Assembly (NCBI GenBank): GCA_964436825.1
Contig: CAYTEO010000010.1
Span: forward strand, 36 to 64,035
DNA: 64,000 bases
From: an uncultured Fibrobacteraceae bacterium
GTDB taxonomy: Bacteria > Krumholzibacteriota > Krumholzibacteriia > LZORAL124-64-63
Direction of reading: 5' to 3'
The notes beneath the pieces are model-generated. The model was not told the origin of the DNA. It worked only from the letters and a program-made list of their open reading frames with translations, and did no database searches. The translations under genes and the position numbers were made by a program. The stretch's first letter is position 1; each line of letters begins with the position of its first letter. This document shows positions 24,226-33,787 of this stretch, piece by piece.

Positions 24226-26667
24226 CTATTCGACCAGCACCACCCTCCGGCAGACGCTCTCGGTCCTCCCGTCCGACGCCTCCAGCACGATCCGCAGCAG
24301 GTAGGTGCCGCTGGCGCAGGCACGCCCATCCTGGTCGCGTCCGTCCCAGCCCAGGATATGGATGCCCGGCGGCAGGGCGGCGTCCTCCAGCAGGGAGCGG
24401 ACGCGGCGGCCGCGGACGTCGAAGACGCCCACCCGGCAGGCGCCGGGAGCCGTGGTGCGGAAGGAGACCGTGGTCGAGGGGTTGAACGGGTTGGGCCAGG
24501 CCAGCGCGTCGCGCAGGAGCGACGGCGGGGCCGCCGCGTCCGGCACCCCGGTGACGATCCCCACGCCGCCCGTGCCGCCGGCCTCGCGGTAGCGCTCGGC
24601 GAACTCGGTCAGGAAGGCCGCGGCGATGGCGTCGTCGTGGAGGATCAGCGTGTTCTCGTCGTTGACCGTCTCGGCGCTGTAGCTCCAGTTGTGGCTCCCG
24701 GTGACCACCAGCGGGTCGTAGGGGTTGGGGATGTGCGTCATGGCGTCGCAGGTCGTCAGCCGCCCGTCGACCACCAGGTACTTGTGGTGCAGCAGCACGT
24801 CGAGGGAGAGGGCCGTGTCCAGGTGGACGTCCGCGGGCGGGTTCCACGGCGCGAGGGCGCAGGCGTCGCCGTGCATGGCGAAGTACTCGCTGCCGCCGGT
24901 GCAATCCCCCTGGTCCTGGTCGAAGACGCCCAGGACCGGCACCCCGGCGTCGAAGCGCTGGTGCATGGCGGCGGCGATGTCGTCGTGGGTGAAGGCCAGG
25001 ATGGCGAAGGCGAGACTCTGCTCCGCCGAGCCGATGGCCTCGATGATCCGGTCGGTCGTCCCGTCGCTGGGGCTCATGTACTGCTCGACGCGGATGCCGT
25101 TGATGGTGAACTCGTGCGGCGTGTTGTCGATCTTGGCGCTTCCCATGGCGGCCCGGGCGGGGTCGGGGGTCATGGTGTCGCTGCCCCACATCTCCTCGAA
25201 CTCGAGGGTGTAGGCCCGGGCCAGGCCGTGGTCCCGGATGGCGATGGCGTTGTTCAGGTCGTCGTTGCCCGAGACGCTCATGTTGGCGCTGCCGGTCCAG
25301 ACCCAGTCGTTGGCGGGGTCGGCGTCGCGGGCGTCGATGACGACGAACTTGTTGTGCATGATCCCGCTGGCGTGGTTGCCGCCGAAGGTGCTGGTGATGT
25401 AGGGGACCCCGGCGGCGGCCAGGACGTCGGCGTCGTAGGTGGAGCTGCTGGCGTCGATGATCAGCCGGACCTCCACGCCGCGGTTGTGGGCGTTGAGCAG
25501 GGCGTCGCGCACGTTGTCCAGGCTGAAGCTGTAGAGGGCGCAGTCGATCGAGCTGGTGGCCTGGTTGATCAGGATGGCCAGCTTGGCCGAGAGGATCTGC
25601 CACCACTGGTGATCGGTGAAGCAGCCGGTGTACTGGGTGTCGCCGCTGCCGCTGAAGTAGACGTGGATCTCGCCCGGGGTGTCGCTGGCCGTCGCCAGGA
25701 GCTGGTCGGGACCGTAGCTCGTCCCGCCGGCGTCGGTGGAGCGGACGCGGAAGTGGTAGACGGTGTTGGGCTGCAGCCCGGTCAGCTGGACCAGGTGCGA
25801 GGTCTCCGAGGCGTTCGGGTCGCCGGCCGTCTGGCCGTAGCTCGTGTCCAGGCCGTACTCAACCTCGCTGCTGCCGGGCAGGGTCGTCTCGAACAGGATG
25901 TCGGCCCCGGTGGGGGCGACGTTGCGGACCAGGGCCGGGTCGGGGATGCCCGGACCGCTGCCGGCGGGGATGACGTCGCCCAGATCCCGCGGCAGCAGCT
26001 CGTAGCCGGTGGTATAGGGCGAGGAGGTGTCGTACTGCTTCAGCAGGCCGACCAGGGAGAAGCCGTCGCCGGGATCGGGGCTGCCGTTCAGCGGCGTGTC
26101 CTGGTCGATGTAGACCTTGGCCGTGCCGGTCCCGTCGGTGACGTAGAGGATGGTGTTGCCGGTCGGGGTCGTGGGCCAGGCGCCGCTGGTGATCGTCAGG
26201 TTCGACAGGCGCACCAGGCGGCCCTCGTCGGGCTCGCTGTAGTCGGCCCGGAAGGCACCCGTCAACTGGGCGCAGGTCAACGGCAGCGGGGCGGGTGGAC
26301 CGCCGCTGGCGGGGCCGTGATCGACCAGCGTCGTGTAGCTGGTGCTGGTGCCCAGCTCGGTCATGCCGTTGTACTGGGCCACCTGGGTCGTCACCGTCAC
26401 GCTGTCGCCGACGGCCAGGGAGTACTGGGAGGCCGCGCCGGAGAGCCACAGCAGCACCCCGCCGGTGGCGTCCTGGAGGTAGACCTCCAGGTTGTAGGTG
26501 GAGAACAGGCCGCTGGGCGCGGTGACGATCCCGCTGACGGTGACCGTCTGGCCGAGCAGGGTCGGCACGCCGCTGGCGTCGTTCTGGTGGAGGTCGGCGA
26601 TGGGAAGGCCCAGCGCGGTGCCGGCGATCCCGAGCGACAGCAGACAGGTGAAGACCATGCGGCGCAT
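24226..26667 (-). CDS. Secreted phospholipase D-superfamily (two HKD motifs) protein with an FN3-like segment and a C-terminal T9SS-type sorting domain
   Basis: ATG 26667 with AAGGGGGA SD. Signal MRRMVFTCLLSLGIAGTALG. HKD motifs HNKFVVID and HHKYLVVD. C-terminal tail NPFNPSTTVSFRT...FDVRGRRVRSL...GTYLLRIV. Confidence 0.75.
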   Translation of the reverse strand: MRRMVFTCLLSLGIAGTALGLPIADLHQNDASGVPTLLGQTVTVSGIVTAPSGLFSTYNLEVYLQDATGGVLLWLSGAASQYSLAVGDSVTVTTQVAQYNGMTELGTSTSYTTLVDHGPASGGPPAPLPLTCAQLTGAFRADYSEPDEGRLVRLSNLTITSGAWPTTPTGNTILYVTDGTGTAKVYIDQDTPLNGSPDPGDGFSLVGLLKQYDTSSPYTTGYELLPRDLGDVIPAGSGPGIPDPALVRNVAPTGADILFETTLPGSSEVEYGLDTSYGQTAGDPNASETSHLVQLTGLQPNTVYHFRVRSTDAGGTSYGPDQLLATASDTPGEIHVYFSGSGDTQYTGCFTDHQWWQILSAKLAILINQATSSIDCALYSFSLDNVRDALLNAHNRGVEVRLIIDASSSTYDADVLAAAGVPYITSTFGGNHASGIMHNKFVVIDARDADPANDWVWTGSANMSVSGNDDLNNAIAIRDHGLARAYTLEFEEMWGSDTMTPDPARAAMGSAKIDNTPHEFTINGIRVEQYMSPSDGTTDRIIEAIGSAEQSLAFAILAFTHDDIAAAMHQRFDAGVPVLGVFDQDQGDCTGGSEYFAMHGDACALAPWNPPADVHLDTALSLDVLLHHKYLVVDGRLTTCDAMTHIPNPYDPLVVTGSHNWSYSAETVNDENTLILHDDAIAAAFLTEFAERYREAGGTGGVGIVTGVPDAAAPPSLLRDALAWPNPFNPSTTVSFRTTAPGACRVGVFDVRGRRVRSLLEDAALPPGIHILGWDGRDQDGRACASGTYLLRIVLEASDGRTESVCRRVVLVE

Positions 26668-26843
26668 GACGGTATCCCCCTTCGTGGCGCGAGGCGATGG
26701 AACGCGGTCCTCGTGGACAAGGATACCACGGATGATGCGTTCGGGGCCACTCTGGTGAGATATCGAGTGACAAGTGGCCCGGCGACGACTAGTTTAGCGG
26801 ATTGATCCGGATAGAGCCTCCACCCCGAAAGGAACCGAGAAAG

Positions 26844-28082
26844 ATGGCAGACCTGATCCGTCCCCATGGCAGCGACCAGCTGCTGCCCCTGCTGCTCGAG
26901 GGCGAGGCCCTCGCCGAGGAACTGGCCCGGGCCGAGAGCCTGCCCAAGGTGACCCTCTCCAGCCGCGAGACCGGCGACCTGATCATGCTTGGCATCGGCG
27001 GGTTCACCCCGCTGACCGGCTTCATGGGCAAGGCCGACTGGGAGGGTGTCTGCCGCGACATGACCCTCGCCAGCGGTGTCTTCTGGCCCGTGCCCATCAC
27101 CATGAGCGTCGATCAGGAGACGGCCGACTCCCTCGGCGAGGGGGACGAGATCACCCTGCTCAGCGGCGACACCGGCGAGATCATGGCCACCATGCGGGTC
27201 GAGGAGAAGTACGAGATCGACCGGGAGTTCGAGTGCAAGCACGTCTTCGGCACCACGGACACCGACCATCCCGGCGTGGCCATGGTCATGAACCAGAAGG
27301 CCGTCAACCTGGCCGGCCCGGTGAAGGTGCTGAGCGAGAGCTACTTCCCGCACGAGTTCGCCGGCCTGTACATGCGCCCGGCCGAGAGCCGCCGCATCTT
27401 CGCCGAGCGCGGCTGGAAGACCGTGGCCGCCCTGCAGCTGCGCAACCCCATGCACCGTAGCCACGAGTACCTGGCCAAGATCGCCATCGAGGTCAGCGAC
27501 GGGCTGTTCATCCACCAGCTGGTGGGCAAGCTGAAGCCGGGCGACATCCCCGCCGAGGTCCGCGTCCGCTGCATCGACACCCTGGTGGAGAACTACTTCA
27601 TCAAGGAGCGCGTCGTCACCGGCGGCTACCCCCTGGACATGCGCTACGCCGGCCCGCGCGAGGGGCTGCTGCACGGCGTGTTCCGCCAGAACTTCGGCTG
27701 CACGCACATGATCATCGGGCGCGACCACGCCGGGGTGGGCAACTACTACGGCCCGTTCGACGCCCAGAACATCTGGCACGAGATCCCCGCCGGCGCGCTG
27801 GAGATCAAGATGCTGCCCATCGACTGGACCTTCTGGTGCTACAAGTGCGGCGGCATGGCCAGCATGAAGACCTGTCCCCACGGCAAGGAGGACCGCCTGT
27901 TCCTCAGCGGCACCGCCCTGCGCAAGGCGCTGAGCGAGGGCGAGGACGTCCCCGCCGAGTTCTCCCGCCCCGAGGTGCTGGCCATCCTGCGCGAGTACTA
28001 CGCCGGCCTGAAGGACGAGGAGAAGGTCAAGGTGGAGCTGCACGACGCGGCCAAGGGGATCGACAAGCGGTCGGGGAAGTAG
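26844..28082 (+). CDS. sat: Sulfate adenylyltransferase (ATP sulfurylase, homo-oligomeric Sat type; no APS-kinase domain)
   Basis: ATG 26844 (MADLIRPHG). Motifs [13 protein letters not shown] and [17 protein letters not shown] (the HxxH-type nucleotide-binding motifs of ATP sulfurylase). About 413 aa. Confidence 0.85.
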   Translation: MADLIRPHGSDQLLPLLLEGEALAEELARAESLPKVTLSSRETGDLIMLGIGGFTPLTGFMGKADWEGVCRDMTLASGVFWPVPITMSVDQETADSLGEGDEITLLSGDTGEIMATMRVEEKYEIDREFECKHVFGTTDTDHPGVAMVMNQKAVNLAGPVKVLSESYFPHEFAGLYMRPAESRRIFAERGWKTVAALQLRNPMHRSHEYLAKIAIEVSDGLFIHQLVGKLKPGDIPAEVRVRCIDTLVENYFIKERVVTGGYPLDMRYAGPREGLLHGVFRQNFGCTHMIIGRDHAGVGNYYGPFDAQNIWHEIPAGALEIKMLPIDWTFWCYKCGGMASMKTCPHGKEDRLFLSGTALRKALSEGEDVPAEFSRPEVLAILREYYAGLKDEEKVKVELHDAAKGIDKRSGK

Positions 28083-28113
28083 GGACCGGTCTCCCCCTCC
28101 GGACACGGCAACC

Positions 28114-28137
28114 GGCGCCGCCCCCGGGGGCGGCGCC
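28114..28137 (+). terminator. Perfect 24-nt GC palindrome (ggcgccgcccc-cg-gggcggcgcc) downstream of sat. It is a terminator-like hairpin without a U-tract.
   Basis: Located 30 nt after the sat stop. No T-run follows, so function is uncertain. Confidence 0.3.
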
Positions 28138-28152
28138 GTCGTCGTGCTCCCC

Positions 28153-28182
28153 TTGCCGCTCGTCCGCAGGGTGTGCTACAAT
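28153..28182 (+). promoter_or_regulatory. Putative promoter (-35 TTGCCG, 18-nt spacer, extended -10 TGcTACAAT) for the Cys-rich protein gene
   Basis: The hexamers are well spaced, with a TGn extension. They lie about 45 nt upstream of GGAGG and ATG 28227. Confidence 0.4.
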
Positions 28183-28226
28183 TTCAGAGTAAAGCAACCA
28201 TGTGACTATGAGTTCGGAGGCCCGCC

Positions 28227-29057
28227 ATGTCCGACCGCCTGCTGCTCCGCGTCCAGTGCCCCGGCTGCGGAGTCTCGCTGATGGATCCCCACCGCCTGAT
28301 CGACCGCCTGCCCGCCATCCGGCTCCGGGGCCGGGCGGGGGAGACGGACGGCACCCTCTGGCTCTCCGCCCTGTACGGCAGCCACGCGGTGGAGGTGGAT
28401 TTCTCCCTCCCCGCCGCGGGGATCGTGACCCTGGCCTGTCCCCACTGTGACGACGAGCTGGCGCACCCCTTCACCTGCGACAGCTGCGGCGCCCCCATGG
28501 CGGCCCTGGACGTGGTGGGCGGCGGCCGGGTGCACGTCTGCACGCGCCTGGGCTGCCACCGGCACTTCCTGGAGATCAGCGATCCCGCCCGCGAGGTCAG
28601 CACCCTCTGCCGAACCACCACCGCCGGCGCCCAGGAGGCGGCCGATGCGGGGGAACGTGTGGAGCTGGCCACCGGCACCTTCCTGGCCACCTACTGCCCC
28701 CACTGCCGGGTCAGCCTGATCCGGGAGGAAGACCTGGTGTTCGAGGTCCAGGGCCCGGCCGGTGACTGGGGCGAGCTGGTCCTCAGCCCCTACCTCAACG
28801 TCTTCACCCACGAGTCCACCGTGGACATCCCCGCCAGCCGCGAGGTGCAGGACCTGCGCTGTCCCCACTGTCACCACTCCCTGGTGGAGCCGGAGCTTCG
28901 CTGCGACACCTGCGGCGCCCACGTGGCCGCCGTCATGGTGCTGGCCATGCGCAAGCTGATCACCTTCTACATCTGCCTGCGCGAGGGGTGCCACTGGCAC
29001 GGCATCTCCGTGGAGGACACGCAGCTGATCTCCCTGGAGGCCAGCGCCGAGTGGTGA
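28227..29057 (+). CDS. Cys-rich protein with an internal duplication. Each half carries CPxC...CDSCG/CDTCG...C..GCH zinc-ribbon-like motifs (uncharacterised).
   Basis: GGAGG SD. Repeat 1 (VQCPGCGVSL...ACPHCDDEL...CDSCGAPMAALDVV...CTRLGCHRHF) parallels repeat 2 (YCPHCRVSL...RCPHCHHSL...CDTCGAHVAAVMVL...CLREGCHWHG). Confidence 0.7.
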   Translation: MSDRLLLRVQCPGCGVSLMDPHRLIDRLPAIRLRGRAGETDGTLWLSALYGSHAVEVDFSLPAAGIVTLACPHCDDELAHPFTCDSCGAPMAALDVVGGGRVHVCTRLGCHRHFLEISDPAREVSTLCRTTTAGAQEAADAGERVELATGTFLATYCPHCRVSLIREEDLVFEVQGPAGDWGELVLSPYLNVFTHESTVDIPASREVQDLRCPHCHHSLVEPELRCDTCGAHVAAVMVLAMRKLITFYICLREGCHWHGISVEDTQLISLEASAEW

Positions 29058-29224
29058 ACCGCGTCCCTGCCCGGGAGTGCCCCGATGAGGTAGCGCTCCG
29101 ACGCCATCGTTGCTAGCATGAGCGGGCAGCGGCCGACGGCGGGTCGTCGGGACCCGGTTGGCCGTGGTTTGCGGCACATGAGCGGGCCGCGCCTCATCTG
29201 TTCAGCCCCAGCAAGGAGACGGAC

Positions 29225-29809
29225 ATGGCCTTCGAGTTGCCCGAGCTACCCTACCCCAAGGATGCCCTTGAACCTCATATCTCCGCCGAGACGCTGACCT
29301 ACCACCACGGCAAGCACCACGCCGCCTACGTGAACAACCTGAACAAGCTGATCGCCGGCACCGAGTTCGAGTCGATGCCCCTGGAGGAGATCATCGCCAA
29401 GGCGCCGGCCGGCGGGATCTTCAACAACGCGGCCCAGACCTGGAACCACACGTTCTACTTCGAGGGCATGGGTCCCGACGGCGGCGGCGCTCCCGCCGGC
29501 GATCTGGCCGAGGCCATCGCCCGCGACTTCGGCTCGTTCGCGGCCTTCCAGGAGGAGTTCAGCAAGGCGGCGGCCGGAAACTTCGGCAGCGGCTGGACCT
29601 GGCTCGCCCGCAATCCCGACGGCAAGCTGGAGATCGTCAACACCAGCAACGCCGGTACCCTGGCCGTCGGCGACCAGAAGCCGCTGCTGACCCTCGATGT
29701 CTGGGAGCACGCCTACTACATCGACACGCGCAACGCCCGTCCCAAGTACATCGAGAACTGGTGGCACGTCGTGGACTGGAACGTCGTGGCGCGGCGCTTC
29801 GCCGGCTGA
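29225..29809 (+). CDS. Fe/Mn-type superoxide dismutase
   Basis: AGCAAGGAGACGG precedes ATG 29225. Conserved residues HHGKHH, AQTWNHTFY, GSGWTWL and DVWEHAYY are present. Confidence 0.85.
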   Translation: MAFELPELPYPKDALEPHISAETLTYHHGKHHAAYVNNLNKLIAGTEFESMPLEEIIAKAPAGGIFNNAAQTWNHTFYFEGMGPDGGGAPAGDLAEAIARDFGSFAAFQEEFSKAAAGNFGSGWTWLARNPDGKLEIVNTSNAGTLAVGDQKPLLTLDVWEHAYYIDTRNARPKYIENWWHVVDWNVVARRFAG

Positions 29810-29835
29810 GGCGGCCAGTGACGGGGAACGCAAGA

Positions 29836-29859
29836 GGGGGCGGCCAGCCGGCCGCCCCC
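29836..29859. terminator. GC-rich hairpin (gggggcggcc-agcc-ggccgccccc) between convergent genes. It is a candidate bidirectional terminator lacking a U-tract.
   Basis: 10-bp perfect stem, 27 nt after the sod stop and 22 nt before the stop of the minus-strand gene. Confidence 0.3.
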
Positions 29860-29880
29860 TGCTGGTGCCGTGTCACGCGG

Positions 29881-30711
29881 TCAGTGGAGTCGCTTGATGC
29901 CCTGGACGATCAGGGCCAGCTCGTCCATCCCGTAGTTGGCGGCCGCGTCGTTGGCGGCGGTGACGCGCAGGGTGTAGCCGCTCTTCTTGCCGGGGGTTCC
30001 CTCGGGCAGGGTCAGCTTGCCGCCGAAGATGCCCGTCTTGCCCGTCCACGGCATCTCACAGCTGTCCACGACCTCGCCCCGGTGCAGCAGCTCGGCGCGG
30101 ACGACGTAGTCCTGCGGCAGCCAGAACTTCCGGTCCGGCGTGATGGGGCAGGTGCACAGGAGCTTCACCTCCGCCGAGATGTCCAGCTCGCTGCCGCTGA
30201 ACAGGCGCTGGGCCGGGGTGGGGGTCAGGATCGAGACGATCAGTCCCTGCAGTTCCAGGACGATCCCGTCGCCGGTGATGTCGTGGCCGGGCAGGACCAG
30301 GAGCGTCTTCTCGGCGCGGGCGACGGCCTGCTCGTGGCCCAACGGCGCCGCGGCGGCGACGGTGACCCAGGTGGGATCGGTCAGCGCCAGGCGGGCCGTG
30401 AAGACGGCCGCGCCGTCGGTCGTGTAGAGGGACTCGCCGCGGACATGGGGCCGGGCCATGATCAGGTCCGTCGAGCCGGTGCCGCCCCACTGGACCCCGC
30501 GGGCCAGGACCTCCCCGGTGCGGGCGTCGCGGACGACGACCTCGGCCCCGCCGGCGTCGTCGCCGATGAGCTTGGCGTCGTGGGCCACGACGTGGACGGT
30601 CAGCAGGGTCGGGACCGGCTCGGCGGACCGGGCCAGGGTGGCGGTCGTCAGGGCCAGCAGCAGCGGCAGCAGCAGGGCGGCGCCCAGGCGCAGGAGGAAG
30701 CGGTGCGACAC
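29881..30711 (-). CDS. Secreted hypothetical protein
   Basis: GTG 30711 with GGGAGA 7 nt upstream yields the signal peptide VSHRFLLRLGAALLLPLLLALTTATLARSA. No recognisable catalytic motif. The track ORF start at 30828 lacks a signal or SD. Confidence 0.55.
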   Translation of the reverse strand: MSHRFLLRLGAALLLPLLLALTTATLARSAEPVPTLLTVHVVAHDAKLIGDDAGGAEVVVRDARTGEVLARGVQWGGTGSTDLIMARPHVRGESLYTTDGAAVFTARLALTDPTWVTVAAAAPLGHEQAVARAEKTLLVLPGHDITGDGIVLELQGLIVSILTPTPAQRLFSGSELDISAEVKLLCTCPITPDRKFWLPQDYVVRAELLHRGEVVDSCEMPWTGKTGIFGGKLTLPEGTPGKKSGYTLRVTAANDAAANYGMDELALIVQGIKRLH

Positions 30712-30838
30712 GGTCGTTCTCCCTGTTTCGAGACGGGCTGTTCGGAATCCGGAACAAGATAGTATGGGGAGCTGGTCCCGCCAAGGGGATCGACCGCGGC
30801 AGGAAGGCGTCGTGGGCATGTCGCTCACAACATCGTCA

Positions 30839-30866
30839 TGACAGGTCGATCCCGCGGGGTTATAAT
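30839..30866 (+). promoter_or_regulatory. Putative promoter (-35 TGACAG, 16-nt spacer, -10 TATAAT) for sulfotransferase gene 30917
   Basis: Consensus -10 in the divergent intergenic region, about 50 nt upstream of ATG 30917. Confidence 0.45.
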
Positions 30867-30916
30867 CGTGCGAACGCTCGCCTGCGACATCGTGTCAGAC
30901 AGCCTTTCGAGGTGCC

Positions 30917-31753
30917 ATGCTGGGATTCATTCACATCGCCAAGACCGGAGGGCAGACGATCCAGACGATGCTCTCCAGTGCCCACGGGCCCGGCCACTGC
31001 GAAGCCGTCAGCTGGCGTCGCCCCGAGACCACGGTCGGCGCGGGACAGCGGTTTGTCGTGCCCAAGTACGATGTCGACGACTTCCGGCGGCTCCTGCGTC
31101 TCTGCCCCCGGGCCAAGAGCATCTCGGGCCATCCGGTGACGCTGTGGGGGGGGCTGCACGAGGTCGTGCCGTCGGTCCGCTACTTCTGCCTCGTCCGTGA
31201 TCCCATCAAGCGCGGCGCCTCCCACTACCAGTTCCATCTCAACACCGAGTCGCCCGATCTCACCTGGGAAGAGTGGGTGGCCTGGCCGGTGCACCACAAT
31301 CACCAGGTGAAGATGCTGTCCAGGAGCGGCAGGGTGGCCGACGCGATCGAGGCCATCCGCAGGCACGACGTGTTCGTGGGGTTGACAGAGCGTTTCGACG
31401 AGTCGCTCGTCATGTTGCGGAAGTTCGTCGCCCCGGACCTCAATATCGCCTACCGCCGCACGAACACGGCGGCATCCAACGAGGTGGCCCGGCGTGTCCT
31501 GGACGATCCCCGCGCCAGGGAGGACATGGAGAGGATCTACGCCGAGGACAGCGAACTCTACGCCTTCGTCAAGGAGGAGCTGTACCCGGAGTACCGTCGC
31601 CGGTACGGCCCCGGGCTCGAGGAGGATGTCGCGGCATTCCAGCGGGAGCGGGAACGGCGGTTCAACCACCTGAACGTCCGGCTCCACGATGCCTACCGCA
31701 AGCTCTACGTGAGGCCGGCGGCCCGCCTGTTGACCCGGAGATTCAGCCTGTGA
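30917..31753 (+). CDS. PAPS-dependent sulfotransferase (Sulfotransfer_2-like; 5'-PSB loop FIHIAKTGGQT)
   Basis: N-terminal HI(A/P)KTGG motif characteristic of the carbohydrate and small-molecule sulfotransferase family. About 278 aa. Soluble. Confidence 0.7.
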   Translation: MLGFIHIAKTGGQTIQTMLSSAHGPGHCEAVSWRRPETTVGAGQRFVVPKYDVDDFRRLLRLCPRAKSISGHPVTLWGGLHEVVPSVRYFCLVRDPIKRGASHYQFHLNTESPDLTWEEWVAWPVHHNHQVKMLSRSGRVADAIEAIRRHDVFVGLTERFDESLVMLRKFVAPDLNIAYRRTNTAASNEVARRVLDDPRAREDMERIYAEDSELYAFVKEELYPEYRRRYGPGLEEDVAAFQRERERRFNHLNVRLHDAYRKLYVRPAARLLTRRFSL

Positions 31754-31769
31754 GCGGGGCGACCGCCGC

Positions 31770-32999
31770 TCAGCCGAAGAAGAGGTAGGCCACCAGGATC
31801 GCCGCCGCCAGCCCTGCCGCGTCGGCGGCCAGGCCGCAGGCGACGGCGTGGCGGGTCCGCCGGATCCCGACGCTGCCGAAGTAGACGGCCAGGACGTAGA
31901 AGGTCGTCTCGGTGCTCCCCTGCATGATGCTGGTCAGCCGGCCGACGAAGGAGTCGGCGCCGAAGGTCCGCATCGCCTCGACCATCATCCCGCGCGCGCC
32001 GCTGCCGCTGAGCGGCTTCATCAGGGCGGTCGGCACCGCGTCGATCCAGCGGCCGTCCACGCCGGCGACGGCCGCGACGGCCCGCGCCCCGTCCAGGGCC
32101 AGGTCCAGCGCCCCGCTGGCGCGCAGGACGGCGATCCCCGCCAGCATCCCCACCAGGTAGGGGATGATTCCCACGGCGACGCCGAATCCCTCCTTCGCGC
32201 CCTCGACGAAGGTCTCGTAGACCGGCACCCGCCGGCGCGCCGCCGCGCCGATGAAGGCGACGATGACGGTCATCAGCAGCAGGTTGGCCACCAGCGCGGA
32301 GCGGGCCTGGAGGGCCGCCTGGTCCATCCCGGCCAGCCACCACACCAGTCCGCCCACCAGCAGGGTCGCCCCGCCCAGCCAGGCGACGATGACCGGATCG
32401 GTCAGCCGGCGCCGCTGGACGGCTGCGGTCACGAGCAGGCCGACCATCGTGCTGCAGAAGGTGGCGATCAGGATCGGCAGGAAGACGTCGGTGGGGCTGG
32501 CCGCGCCGAGCTGGGCCCGGTAGGTGAAGATCGTCACCGGCAGCAGGGTCACCGAGGAGGTGTTGATGACCAGGAAGAGGATCTGGTCGTCGCTGGCGGT
32601 GGTCGGGGCTGGGTTCAGCTCCTGCAGCTCCCGCATCGCCTTCAGGCCCAGGGGGGTGGCGGCGTTGTCCAGCCCCAGGACGTTGGCGGCCATGTTCATG
32701 ACGATCGAGCCGGCTGCCGGGTGCCCGGCGGGAATCGAGGGAAACAGCCGGCGCAGCAGCGGTCCGAACAGGCGGGCCAGCAGGTCCACGGCCCCGCCCC
32801 GCTCGCCCAGGCGCATGAAGCCCAGCCAGAGGCACATGACCCCTGTCAGTCCCAGGGCGATCTCGAAGCCGGTCCTGGCGGCGTCGAACAGGGCGTCGAC
32901 CATCGCCTGGAAGACGTCGGGCCTGCCGAGAAGGGCCGCCTGGACCAGTCCCGCGGCCATGGCAACGAGGAAGAAGGCTGTCCAGATCCGGCCGAGCAT
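31770..32999 (-). CDS. Nucleoside-recognition (Gate) domain membrane protein, fused SpmA/SpmB-like
   Basis: Polytopic membrane protein with two Gate-domain halves. ATG 32999 shares its A with the stop of the upstream sulfotransferase (TGATG overlap). Confidence 0.65.
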   Translation of the reverse strand: MLGRIWTAFFLVAMAAGLVQAALLGRPDVFQAMVDALFDAARTGFEIALGLTGVMCLWLGFMRLGERGGAVDLLARLFGPLLRRLFPSIPAGHPAAGSIVMNMAANVLGLDNAATPLGLKAMRELQELNPAPTTASDDQILFLVINTSSVTLLPVTIFTYRAQLGAASPTDVFLPILIATFCSTMVGLLVTAAVQRRRLTDPVIVAWLGGATLLVGGLVWWLAGMDQAALQARSALVANLLLMTVIVAFIGAAARRRVPVYETFVEGAKEGFGVAVGIIPYLVGMLAGIAVLRASGALDLALDGARAVAAVAGVDGRWIDAVPTALMKPLSGSGARGMMVEAMRTFGADSFVGRLTSIMQGSTETTFYVLAVYFGSVGIRRTRHAVACGLAADAAGLAAAILVAYLFFG

Positions 33000-33787
33000 C
33001 AGGTTCCTGTTCCCGTTGAGCTGGGAACGGCTGGAGGGTTCCCTGCGATCTGCCTCTGTCTCACCGCGGCCATGCGAGCCATGACATCCTCGATGCGGCC
33101 GTAGCGGGACCTGAGCATGCGCTCGGCGATGGCCATGTAAGGGGAGAAACCGTTGCGATGCCGGAAGAGGTCGGGCCGGCGGCAGTCCTCCAGGTGGCGG
33201 CCCATGAACGCCTCCAGTCGGGCGAACTCGGCGTCACTGGTCATCAGTTCGTCGTAGGCCAGGACGAGATACTCGTACGGAGTGCTCTCCAGGATGGACA
33301 GAATCCTCACATTGTAATCATACCAACGGTCTAGGAACCTCCAGGCCCGCCCGATGTTGCCGGGTGCGTGATGGGGGCCATGATACCGGTAGTGGGGCCA
33401 AACGGCAGCCGGCCCTCTGTAGACGACGATCAGCCTGTGTTCCGGCAGCAGCTCCTCCCAGAGAGGGTAGGTCAGTGCCGTGCGGGGATCCTTGAATCCC
33501 CAGTCCTTGTATCTCCGCTCGCAAGTGCCGATCACCTCCTGCATCCTGCGCTGCAGGTCGGGTCCGGCGGTCAGCGGTTCCGGGGCCTTCAGATCGATGG
33601 TGGAGTAGCTGTCGGTGCCGAGGATCTCCAGGTTCAGGTGCAGGATCGACTGGCGCTCGTACTTGTTTCCCTCGTCGTAGCTGACCGATGGATCGATCTC
33701 GTCGTCCATGTTGATCCCGGAATGATGGAGGATCTGGGATGTGAGGGTGGTGCCGGATTTGTGCATGCCGAGCACGACGTAGATCAT
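32999..33787 (-). CDS. PAPS-dependent sulfotransferase (Sulfotransfer_1/3-like; PSB loop VVLGMHKSGTT)
   Basis: Internal ATG 33787 (MIYVVLGMHKSGTTL) with GGAGA SD. P-loop-like PAPS 5'-phosphosulfate-binding motif. The stop overlaps the downstream Gate-domain gene start. Confidence 0.7.
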   Translation of the reverse strand: MIYVVLGMHKSGTTLTSQILHHSGINMDDEIDPSVSYDEGNKYERQSILHLNLEILGTDSYSTIDLKAPEPLTAGPDLQRRMQEVIGTCERRYKDWGFKDPRTALTYPLWEELLPEHRLIVVYRGPAAVWPHYRYHGPHHAPGNIGRAWRFLDRWYDYNVRILSILESTPYEYLVLAYDELMTSDAEFARLEAFMGRHLEDCRRPDLFRHRNGFSPYMAIAERMLRSRYGRIEDVMARMAAVRQRQIAGNPPAVPSSTGTGT

